Source: Bifidobacterium longum subsp. longum JCM 1217 (GTDB taxonomy: Bacteria > Actinomycetota > Actinomycetes > Actinomycetales > Bifidobacteriaceae). Taken from it: a DNA stretch of 32,000 nt. The position numbers were made by a program, and so were the translations under genes. The notes beneath the pieces are model-generated. The model worked only from the letters and a program-made list of their open reading frames with translations, ran no database searches and was not told the DNA's origin. This document shows, piece by piece, positions 8,531 to 16,215 of this stretch; position 1 is the stretch's first letter, and the number at the start of each line of letters is the position of its first letter. Location of the stretch: positions 990,001 through 1,022,000 of the forward strand of contig NC_015067.1 of the NCBI RefSeq assembly GCF_000196555.1, read 5' to 3'.

Positions 8531-9582
8531 TTGAGGGTGTGTAGTTGTCGGAGTCGTTGCTCGCTGAGCCATGTCTCCTTGGAGGGGTCGGGGCCGGGGT
8601 TGGCCGCATCGACGGCTTTGCGCATCATGTCGAGGGTCGCGAACGCGTAGAACGCGCTGGTTGTGCTCATGCTTTCGTGGCCGAGCAGTTGCATGATGAG
8701 CGGTAGCGGCACGCCCTGTTGGTAGAGGTCCATGGCGCGGGTCCGGCGGATCAGGTGGCAGTGGACGCGTTCGGGCATGGACGGGCACGTCCCGCGGCGT
8801 GCTCTGGCCGCCGCGGTTTTGAGGATCTCGTCGATCCGGTCCACGGAGAGCGGCTGGATGGCGCCGTTCCTCGTCGAGTGGAACAACGGCCCGTCGCCGT
8901 CGCGCATGGACGGTCCGGGATGGAATTCCTCGAGGTAGGCGGCCAGGTGGGTTCGTGTCCTTTCTCCCAGGGGCACGACCCGGCTCTTGCCGCGTTTGCC
9001 GGTGAGCGTGACCCTGGCCGGCTTATCCATACCCACGTCCGCGATGGTCAGTGCGGCGAGTTCGCCGATCCTGGCGGCGGTGTCGTACATGAGGATCAGG
9101 AGCATGCGGTTCCTGCGCGATTTGGCGTCGCCGGTGCCCCATGCGGTCAGCAACGCTTTGGTGTGCTCCTCCCCGAGGTGGTCGACGGGTTTGCGCGCGG
9201 GTGGTTTGACACGTATGCCGGCCGCGTCGTTGCCCAGCGCGGTCAATGCCGGGTGTTCGAGGCCCGCGTGGTCGAGGAACACGCGCATCGTCGTCATCCT
9301 CAGCATGATGGTGCGGTCCGAGTACCCGCGCTCGGTCCGCATCCATTCGACCCACCGGCCCAGGCGCGCCCGGTCGAAATGCCCGAAACCGATGTGGCTG
9401 CGCTGCGTGCCTTCCGTGGTTTCGAGCCATCGGACGTAGGATTCCAGGCCGATGCGGTACGCCTCGACGGTCTTCGGCGAGCTGCCCCGCACCTTGGGCA
9501 GCCAGTGGTGCAGCCAGTCGCGCGCGACTCGCCAGAAGTCCGGTTCACCGGAGCTGGCGGCCGTTTTCCTTGCCTTGCTCAT
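8527..9582 (-). CDS. tyrosine recombinase/integrase, third gene of the trio
   Basis: Catalytic boxes TAARIGELAAL, HCHLIRRTRA, LLGHESMSTT and FYAF. Its ATG at 9582 overlaps the upstream stop as ATGA. Confidence 0.85.
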   Translation of the reverse strand: MSKARKTAASSGEPDFWRVARDWLHHWLPKVRGSSPKTVEAYRIGLESYVRWLETTEGTQRSHIGFGHFDRARLGRWVEWMRTERGYSDRTIMLRMTTMRVFLDHAGLEHPALTALGNDAAGIRVKPPARKPVDHLGEEHTKALLTAWGTGDAKSRRNRMLLILMYDTAARIGELAALTIADVGMDKPARVTLTGKRGKSRVVPLGERTRTHLAAYLEEFHPGPSMRDGDGPLFHSTRNGAIQPLSVDRIDEILKTAAARARRGTCPSMPERVHCHLIRRTRAMDLYQQGVPLPLIMQLLGHESMSTTSAFYAFATLDMMRKAVDAANPGPDPSKETWLSEQRLRQLHTLK

Positions 9583-10544
9583 GGTTCCTCCGTTTCCGGG
9601 ACCACGCGTTCGGCGTCGGCGACGAGGTCCGCGTATCCGTCCATGAAATCGAGGCTGGCGTGCACGTAGTAGAGGGTGCTGTCGATGCCGGCGTGTCCCA
9701 TGTAGGCCGCCAGATAGGGCAGCATCGCCATCACGTCCACGCCGTCGCGAGTCCACCGCTCGATGTTCGCGAACGCGAACCGGTGCCGGAAATCATAGGG
9801 CCTGGGCCGTTTGCCGGCTTGTGGCCACTCGAGCCCGGCCCGCGTCCAGACGCGGCGGAACACCACGCCGGGCATGCCCGGGGAGACCGGATTGCCGGTG
9901 GAGGTGACGAAGAACGCGGGACGGTCGTCTCCGAAGCGTTCGCGGGACCGTTGGTCGCATTCCAGCAGTTCGGCGGCGACCTCGTCGCCCACGGGCAGCC
10001 TGCGGCTGCGACCGGCCTTGGAATCGACCACGTCGATGGAACGGGCCTTGTGGTCGACGTGCCCGACGGCGAGTCTCCTGACCTCTCGGGTGCGCAGCCC
10101 GCAGCAGGCCATGAGCATGAAGAACGCGCGAGACTGCCACGCCCACGGCGACGGAGACTCCAACGTTCCCGCGGCCCGCAGGAACAGGGCGGCCTCGCGG
10201 TCCGTCAGCAGGTACGGCGTCGGACGCGGGGATCCGGCCTTCCACTGGTCGGAGAGCACGTACGCGTCGGGATCGTGGGCCAGTCGCATCCACCTGCCGA
10301 AGTCCCTGATGTACGAGAACCACGAGCGGCAACCCCCGGGATTCGCGTCGATCCTATGGGCGATCCATCGCTCCACGACGCCCCGCTCCAGACGCACGGC
10401 CCCGTGTTCGAGGCAATGCCGGTCGAACGAGCGCAGGACCTGGACGCGGGTGGCGCCATGCCTGCCCATGGACGCCTTGAAACGGATGTACTCCTCCAAT
10501 TCGCCGGCGAGCGGGCCGACGAATCCGTGTTCCGTGGGTCTCAT
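9579..10544 (-). CDS. tyrosine recombinase/integrase, second gene of the trio
   Basis: Boxes CCGLRTREV, PYDFRHRFA, YMGHAGIDSTLYY. Its ATG at 10544 overlaps the upstream stop as ATGA. The ORF-track N-terminal extension to 11066 overlaps the first gene and is rejected. Confidence 0.85.
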   Translation of the reverse strand: MRPTEHGFVGPLAGELEEYIRFKASMGRHGATRVQVLRSFDRHCLEHGAVRLERGVVERWIAHRIDANPGGCRSWFSYIRDFGRWMRLAHDPDAYVLSDQWKAGSPRPTPYLLTDREAALFLRAAGTLESPSPWAWQSRAFFMLMACCGLRTREVRRLAVGHVDHKARSIDVVDSKAGRSRRLPVGDEVAAELLECDQRSRERFGDDRPAFFVTSTGNPVSPGMPGVVFRRVWTRAGLEWPQAGKRPRPYDFRHRFAFANIERWTRDGVDVMAMLPYLAAYMGHAGIDSTLYYVHASLDFMDGYADLVADAERVVPETEEP

Positions 10545-11743
10545 GACGATCCGCCTTCCGGCACGGGCAGCACGCACGCGAGCATTCCCCCGCGGTGCGT
10601 GGCCATGTAGACGCGTGTGGAATCGGGGTCGGCGTGGCCAAGCACCGCGCTGATCGTCGGCAACGGCGTGGCCGCCTCCAGCATCCTCGTCGCCGCGTTG
10701 CGCCGCAACAGCCTGGAACCGCCCCGGCGTCCGAGCCCGGCGTGCCGCATGACACGGCTGATCGCCTCGTACACCGATGAATGACCCCGAAGCGCGACAT
10801 GGGGCGCCTTGTACCGCACGAACACACGGTCGTCGTCGGTGGCGGGCCTTTCGTCCAACAGCCAGGACGCCAGCCTCGCGGCCAGCGGTCCCGTCATCGG
10901 CACGGTCAACGGATTGCCCGTCTTTCGCTGCACCAGACCTATGCTCATGGAATCCCAATCCACGTCGGCGATCCTCAGACCGATCACATCGCATGCCCTC
11001 AGCCCGCACGTCAGCGACAGCAGGGTGATCGCCGCGTCCCTCGACGGCACCGACCGCGAGGCGCACGCCTCCAGCAAGCGGCGGTGCTCGTCGTCGGGCA
11101 ACGTTCCCGCGATCGCGTGGGTCCTGCGTATGCCGGCCAGGCCGATCGCGTCCGCCAGGTCATCCCGCCCGAGCCATCTGAACAACGGGCGCAGGTCCGA
11201 CGCGGCGTGCCGCATCGACGACTCCGACCAGCGTGAACGCAGCCCGGCCAGGAACCCCAGCACATGCGAGCCATCCGAACCGTCCAACGACACGACCCCA
11301 TGAGATTCCAGCCACGTGAGGAACAAGCCCGCCATCCGACGGTAATGCCCCACCGTCGCCGAAGCCAGTCCCGAACCGGCGAGATACGCCTCCCAACGCT
11401 CCATGACCACGGCCAAACCCGGAACCACCGGCTCCGCAAGCCTGCTCCTGCGCCACTTGCCCAGGTCCACCGAACCGGACCGCAGATACGAGTCGCACAA
11501 ACGCGCCAGCCTGCCGTAATCGAACCACCGCTGCCTGCTGAAACCGCCCGTCCGCTCACTGAAGGTCGACGCGGCGAACCCCGCGCCCAACCCACGCGTG
11601 TACACCGCATCCGGGCCTCCGGCGTACCGTTCCAACGCCCTGATGGACTTGCGGTACTGGCCTATGGTGGATTCCATATAACCGGCCCCGTAAAGCGCGC
11701 GGACCACCTCGCCCGCGACATGGCCAACCGTCGTCTCACCCAT
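10541..11743 (-). CDS. tyrosine recombinase/integrase, first gene of the trio
   Basis: AAGGAG RBS precedes the ATG at 11743 (MGETTVGHV...). Boxes TCGLRACDV, LLRRNAATRM, VLGHADPDSTRVY. Confidence 0.85.
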   Translation of the reverse strand: MGETTVGHVAGEVVRALYGAGYMESTIGQYRKSIRALERYAGGPDAVYTRGLGAGFAASTFSERTGGFSRQRWFDYGRLARLCDSYLRSGSVDLGKWRRSRLAEPVVPGLAVVMERWEAYLAGSGLASATVGHYRRMAGLFLTWLESHGVVSLDGSDGSHVLGFLAGLRSRWSESSMRHAASDLRPLFRWLGRDDLADAIGLAGIRRTHAIAGTLPDDEHRRLLEACASRSVPSRDAAITLLSLTCGLRACDVIGLRIADVDWDSMSIGLVQRKTGNPLTVPMTGPLAARLASWLLDERPATDDDRVFVRYKAPHVALRGHSSVYEAISRVMRHAGLGRRGGSRLLRRNAATRMLEAATPLPTISAVLGHADPDSTRVYMATHRGGMLACVLPVPEGGSS

Positions 11744-11783
11744 GGCAAACTCCTTCGTTCGAATCAAATGGGACAAGACGAAC

Positions 11784-11878
11784 ATAACCCGGAACGTTAA
11801 GCCGGGAAACCACATGGGACACGGCCAGCCACCAAGACCCCGAACCGTTCCCCGGCTTAACAACAAACCCGGCTTAAT
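11784..11878. repeat. RIT right terminal inverted repeat (95 bp)
   Basis: Exact reverse complement of 8436-8530. Confidence 0.9.
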
Positions 11879-11882
11879 CGGA

Positions 11883-11904
11883 GTTAAACCGACATCGGTT
11901 TAAC
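11883..11904. repeat. 22-bp palindrome GTTAAACCG-ACAT-CGGTTTAAC at the RIT/IS3 right junction
   Basis: 9-bp perfect arms with a 4-nt spacer. It lies between the right inverted repeat and the point where the transposase frame resumes. Confidence 0.85.
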
Positions 11905-11910
11905 AGTGAC

Positions 11911-12198
11911 AGGGGTTGCCATTACCGGTGGCCGGAATGGATCCGCATCTGCACCGAGCACGGGCTGACCCGGTCGATGAGCGCGAAGGGCTGTTCGCCG
12001 GACAATGCGGCCGCGGAGGGGTTCTTCGGCCGTCTCAAGCAGGAGTTCTTCCACAAGAGGAGCTTCCGGGGCGTGACGATCGACGAGTTCACCGCGATGC
12101 TCGACGAGTACATGGTCTGGTACCGCGACAAGCGCATCAAGACCGAATACGGCATGAGCATCATGGACAAACGCATCCAGCTCGGGCTCGTCGCCTGA
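11911..12198 (+). pseudogene. IS3-family transposase, C-terminal 95 codons (remainder of the DDE domain)
   Basis: RGCHYRWPEWIRICTEHGLTRSMSAKGCSPDNAAAEGFFGRLKQE carries the IS3 hSDrG..Y and the catalytic E region. It is in frame with ORF 11977..12198. Confidence 0.8.
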
Positions 12199-12278
12199 AA
12201 CCATCCGGTACACTGACCAACGACCATACAGACAACGAAGTCCAACAAAACGTCACCACCCCCGGGTATTCCCTTGAC

Positions 12279-12410
12279 CTATCCGTGTTTTCGCTCTGCA
12301 AAGTAGTTCTGAGCGGCGGATCGATACTCACACAGATGTGTACGGTGTGCTGTCAGCGTCTTTGTAGTTTCGCCGGTCAGTTGCCTGGTAATCCAGGATA
12401 AATCAGTCAT
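12279..12410 (-). CDS. small ORF (43 aa), hypothetical
   Basis: It is not in the ORF track because it is under 60 aa. GAGGAA RBS lies 3-4 nt upstream of the ATG (MTDLSWITRQLTGETTKTLTAHRTHLCEYRSAAQNYFAERKHG). It is on the same strand as the XRE gene. Confidence 0.3.
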   Translation of the reverse strand: MTDLSWITRQLTGETTKTLTAHRTHLCEYRSAAQNYFAERKHG

Positions 12411-12568
12411 GGTTCCTCACTTCCATGTGAGGCAGTACACTTGGGTACTGCCTCTATTGAGTGCATTGATAAAGGTCAGCCCCGCAAGCGCTACCAACAT
12501 TTGCGGGGCATTTAAGTTTTGATACAACCGAGAGGAAACCGGGGCTGAAACCCCGGCGCGATAGCGTG

Positions 12569-12703
12569 TTATCCGACGTTCAGCGTCAGCACTTCCACGC
12601 CATCAATCAGGACAATCACCCTAGGGTAATCGTCTATGATTAGCAGAGTATGGTATTCGCCGCAGCAATCGCAGCGCCATACGGTGCCGAGACCATATAT
12701 CAT
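12569..12703 (-). CDS. small ORF (44 aa), hypothetical
   Basis: GAGAGGA RBS lies 8 nt upstream of an internal ATG (MIYGLGTVWRCDCCGEYH...). A minus-oriented hairpin with a T-tail follows (12539-12556). Confidence 0.3.
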   Translation of the reverse strand: MIYGLGTVWRCDCCGEYHTLLIIDDYPRVIVLIDGVEVLTLNVG

Positions 12704-12941
12704 GGTTAATATCCTCTCGGTTGTAGGATGACCCGCACGTTTGTGTGGGCCAAGTTCCGCAAGGGAACACGTAAGCCGCAAGCGTTCACAGCACTTGCGG
12801 CTTTCGCTTTATGTCCCGAACGGAACAACCGAGGGGTCAAACGACCCAGTGCCTAGACTATGGGGTGAACCCAGTGAGTTTAGGCCGACTGCATACGATG
12901 CCTACAGTCGGGCGAAGAGTTGAATTGATTAGGGCACACAC

Positions 12942-13166
12942 CTAGCTTTCGCTAGTGTTTTCTTTCGGCCTCTCAGCCTCTAACAGTTTGCGAGGGTTAC
13001 TGACCTTGAGCGCGTCACATAACTTGATAGCCATGCCAAGACTCATATTTTCGATAGGTCTTGAACCAGTCTCAGTCGCGGCGATTCGCGTGTGCGGCAC
13101 ACCTGACTTGTCAGCTAGTTGACGCTGGGTTAACCCGCGCTTCTGCCTTAACTCCCTAAGACTCAT
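12942..13166 (-). CDS. XRE-family (Cro/CI-type) helix-turn-helix transcriptional regulator
   Basis: LRELRQKRGLTQRQLADKSGVPHTRIAATETG is a canonical HTH_3 pattern. Confidence 0.85.
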   Translation of the reverse strand: MSLRELRQKRGLTQRQLADKSGVPHTRIAATETGSRPIENMSLGMAIKLCDALKVSNPRKLLEAERPKENTSES

Positions 13167-13252
13167 TACCCACCTCGCTTATGCTCAGTGGGCCCGATTA
13201 TACCTATCGTTGAAACATCTGTAGAGTGAGGGGCATAAATCGAAAGGCGTCA

Positions 13253-14077
13253 ATGATGAACGGAACATTCGAGCAGTTAAGAGCAGCCGTGTATGGCCAA
13301 GCAGTCGGTGATGCCTTGGGCGTACCTTATGAATTCATGCCGAGAGATACCTTCCGATGCGAAGGTATGACGGGATACGGTACGCATAACCAGCCGATTG
13401 GCACATGGTCGGACGATACCAGCATGATGCTCGCCACATTGGACTCGCTGATCGCCAATGAATGGCAAGTCAATACTGAAGATATGCGAGAGCGATATCT
13501 GGCATGGCTGAGTAATGGCGAATACGCGATTGACGGACGAGTCTTTGATTGCGGGCGAACGGTCTCCATCGCGTTGCAGCAGCGTGTGGGCTTAAGCGGT
13601 GAACGAGACAATGGCAACGGCTCACTGATGCGGATCATGCCGTTGGCGTTCGCGGATGCTTCCGCGGATGACGTACGTGCCGCATCTGCAATCACGCACG
13701 CCCATGCAATCTCGATGGATGCCTGTTCGAGCATGGTGGATGTGTTGCGCGACGGACTCATCAAAGGCATATGGCCGCAAGAGCTGGATGATGAACCGCT
13801 ACGCGGTATGCCGCGTGATGAAGTTGGTTCGAGCGGCTTCGTCAAAGACACGTATGAGGCGGCGCTCTGGTGCCTCGCGAATACCGATGATTATGCGAGT
13901 TGTGTGCTCGCCGCCGTCAACTTGGGTGACGATACAGACACGACCGCCGCCGTCGCCGGATACCTGGCCGGCATCAAATATGGATTCGATGCCATTCCCG
14001 CTCAGTGGCTGGCGGTATTGCGCGGACGTGAGTTTATTGAGGATGTGCTTGGACGGACGGAGTCGGCGTGGCATTAA
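13253..14077 (+). CDS. ADP-ribosylglycohydrolase family protein (ARH/DraG-like)
   Basis: GQAVGDALGVPYEF, WSDDTSMMLA, GNGSLMRIMPLA and GDDTDTTAAVAGYLAG are the family metal-binding motifs, and all are intact. GAAAGG RBS precedes the ATG at 13253. Confidence 0.9.
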   Translation: MMNGTFEQLRAAVYGQAVGDALGVPYEFMPRDTFRCEGMTGYGTHNQPIGTWSDDTSMMLATLDSLIANEWQVNTEDMRERYLAWLSNGEYAIDGRVFDCGRTVSIALQQRVGLSGERDNGNGSLMRIMPLAFADASADDVRAASAITHAHAISMDACSSMVDVLRDGLIKGIWPQELDDEPLRGMPRDEVGSSGFVKDTYEAALWCLANTDDYASCVLAAVNLGDDTDTTAAVAGYLAGIKYGFDAIPAQWLAVLRGREFIEDVLGRTESAWH

Positions 14078-14475
14078 GGCGCTCGCGGCGAGTAGCAACC
14101 TACTGTTTCTGTATGCGATGAAGATGGCCAGTACGCCACCATCAACAGTGAGGACTCCCTGCCTACTGTTCTCCACGATCACGCCCAAGCACTGGACACT
14201 CCCATGTCTCGTTCCGCTGAACATTGCCGAGAACTCCCTTCTTCTGGATGCGCATCATCGAATCCCACTTGCTCGACGCCCAGACTGCTTTGGACGGGGA
14301 TACGCCGCTAGTGGGGGACAGAGATTGAGACGCATCCGGGTTCGAATAGTGTGAGGGATTTGGCTTTGCCAACGGTTGTTGGACACATTCCATACGGTGG
14401 TGCCTGTGTTGTTCGCAAAAGTATGTCTATCTAATCGTTAATCGAGGATGACGATATGGTGAGTTTTTCTGCCGC

Positions 14476-14481
14476 TATAAT
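14476..14481 (+). promoter_or_regulatory. TATAAT -10-like hexamer upstream of the TerB/Gly-zipper operon
   Basis: A perfect TATAAT lies about 105 nt upstream of the ATG at 14587, in an AT-rich spacer. The -35 is weak. Confidence 0.3.
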
Positions 14482-14586
14482 GTAGGATTATTAACAGGTT
14501 ACGGCTGAAGAACTGATTACAGTATTAGAACATTTTTTTCTGATATATGTGGTTGGCGTAGATGTGGCATATACGAGGGGCATCCT

Positions 14587-15477
14587 ATGGCGGATGATGA
14601 AACTCATATCGGTCGAAATAACGAGGAACGCAAGGAAGACGAAAACCGTCGCATTATGGGAAAGGCGCTGGAAGGTGCTGCGGCGGAAACCGTGCAACGC
14701 TTTGGTTCTGCCGTCAAGGAACATTTAGCGGCCTATGCGGGTGATAGAGAGAATGCTGCCGATGGTAATTCCAAACTGTCTAAGACCTTGAAGTCCATTG
14801 CTGAAACGCCGACAAGTAATGAATTCAAAAAGCAGAACATAGCTCAGCAAGCGGGTTTTAGTGCCGAGGTTGAGTCGGTAGCCAGGAAGAACGCCGATAA
14901 CATTATTGCTGGCAACGATACGCGATTCAAACGATATGATGACGTGAAGCATTCAGATGGACGGCAGACATCGAACGACCCCATCGTGGATATTGTCGAA
15001 GTGGATGGATTGGGCAAAACGATCATCGGCTCCGAGGCTCAAATGAAGTTCGTCGGCAGTAGCCCGAAAGAGCTGCTTAATGCGTTGAAAAGCAAGGAAT
15101 ATGCGAAATATCGTAATGAAGGCGTCATCATGAATATTCCGGATGATTATTACGATGTACTGATGGGTGATGGGCCTGACGGCATCAACGGACAGATACG
15201 AAAACTTCAGGGCGAGCTGGATGGAGATCGGCTTGCCGGCAAGAATTCTCCAGAGTCTATTCAGCAGCAAATCGATGATCTGAAACAGATTAAGAAAAGC
15301 CTGCGGAAAAGTGGACTTACCAAGCGAGAAGCGTTGTATGCGCGAGAACATCCCAGACGCATGGTGGCGAAAGATGTAGCCAAAGTTGCCAATAAAGCCG
15401 GTCTGCAGCAGGCAAGGAATGGTGCGCTGATTGGTGGTGGTGTTTCTCTGATTCGAAATATGGTTGCCATGCATTAA
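14587..15477 (+). CDS. hypothetical protein, N-terminal part of an apparently frameshift-split gene (operon gene A)
   Basis: GAGGGG RBS. The N-terminus is charged and the core reads QQAGFSAEVESVARKNADNIIAGNDTRFKRYDD. The ORF ends ...GALIGGGVSLIRNMVAMH*, and the downstream frame is already open from 15452. Confidence 0.6.
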   Translation: MADDETHIGRNNEERKEDENRRIMGKALEGAAAETVQRFGSAVKEHLAAYAGDRENAADGNSKLSKTLKSIAETPTSNEFKKQNIAQQAGFSAEVESVARKNADNIIAGNDTRFKRYDDVKHSDGRQTSNDPIVDIVEVDGLGKTIIGSEAQMKFVGSSPKELLNALKSKEYAKYRNEGVIMNIPDDYYDVLMGDGPDGINGQIRKLQGELDGDRLAGKNSPESIQQQIDDLKQIKKSLRKSGLTKREALYAREHPRRMVAKDVAKVANKAGLQQARNGALIGGGVSLIRNMVAMH

Positions 15478-16201
15478 TGGCTCTATTGAGCCAGCGGAGG
15501 CAGCGAGAAACGTCGGCGTCGATGCAGGCTTGGCTGCGGCGTTCGGCTATGTCACCGCTTTTTCCGGCGCTGCCATTAAGGGTGCCATGCAAAACGCGTC
15601 GAGCGAGTATCTGCGTAGTCTATCGAGAACGAACGTTGCAGCTACGATGGTCTCCACTGTAACGGATGTTTCCAAGGTGGTTGCACTGTATTGCCGCGGC
15701 GAGATTACTGGAGCTGTTTGTATAGAGCGCCTCGGCCAGCAGGGAATGGGGCAGCTCGGAGGAGTGATGGGCGTTGCCGTGGCGATGGCCGCAATACCTG
15801 CAGATGGTGCTTTTATGGCTGCGATGGTTGGTATGGCTGGAAGCACCTTGGGATATGCTGCAGCTGTTGCCATATATGAGGAATTATCCACTGCTCTGCA
15901 TGACTATGAGCTGGCGAAAGAGGAGCGTATTCGTGTGGAACGCGAATGTGCGGAAGCGGTGGAGCTCATCCGCCAATATAGGCGTGATATGTCTAGGGAT
16001 GTCGAGAATTATCTGGCGACTCATGATGAATTGTTTAATAGAGCATTCGATGCAATGGATCAAGCGTTGATTTCCAATGATATTGATGGATATTTGGCCG
16101 GAAACGCCGAGATTCAAGAATCCTTGGGATACTTGCCAAGGTTTCGGACTCAGCAGGAGTTTGATGATTTGATGGCGTCAGACGACAATTTCGTTTTATA
16201 A
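15464..16201 (+). CDS. hypothetical Gly/Ala-zipper plus coiled-coil protein, C-terminal part of split gene A
   Basis: There is no ATG or RBS at its 5' end; only a TTG lies inside the overlap. Hydrophobic small-xxx-small segments are present (GMGQLGGVMGVAVAMAAIPADGAFMAAMVGMAGSTLGYAAAVAIY), followed by a charged helical tail. Confidence 0.55.
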   Translation: MPCINGSIEPAEAARNVGVDAGLAAAFGYVTAFSGAAIKGAMQNASSEYLRSLSRTNVAATMVSTVTDVSKVVALYCRGEITGAVCIERLGQQGMGQLGGVMGVAVAMAAIPADGAFMAAMVGMAGSTLGYAAAVAIYEELSTALHDYELAKEERIRVERECAEAVELIRQYRRDMSRDVENYLATHDELFNRAFDAMDQALISNDIDGYLAGNAEIQESLGYLPRFRTQQEFDDLMASDDNFVL

Positions 16202-16215
16202 GGAGGAGCCAGTTA

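Larger units (their letters stand above)
8436..11878 (-). mobile_element. recombinase-in-trio (RIT) element / B. longum-type mobile integrase cassette
   Basis: Three overlapping tyrosine recombinase genes are bracketed by exact 95-bp inverted repeats. The unit sits inside the IS3 transposase reading frame. Confidence 0.8.
7110..12263 (+). mobile_element. IS3-family insertion sequence, interrupted by the RIT element
   Basis: 25-bp terminal inverted repeats GGGGGTGGTGACGTTTTCTTGGACT (7110-7134) and AGTCCAACAAAACGTCACCACCCCC (12239-12263) match at 24/25. The exact ends are ambiguous within the G/C runs. Confidence 0.8.

Noticed and set aside
7103-8788. 561-aa ORF antisense to the IS3 transposase that runs into the RIT repeat. 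The many overlapping ORFs across 8.7-11.9 kb fall in the same group.
   Set aside because: They lie opposite or out of frame to the transposase and the three recombinases, which have clear catalytic motifs. They show extreme Arg/Pro/Gly composition and cross a mobile-element boundary.
14100-14400. Minus-strand ORF fragments (14163-14393 and 13799-14224) that could be a frameshifted gene remnant downstream of the ARH gene.
   Set aside because: I recognise no family motif. One fragment would overlap the ARH gene extensively. I treat the 14.08-14.58 kb stretch as noncoding or decayed DNA of unknown origin, though it deserves a BLASTX, for example for ART-toxin remnants.
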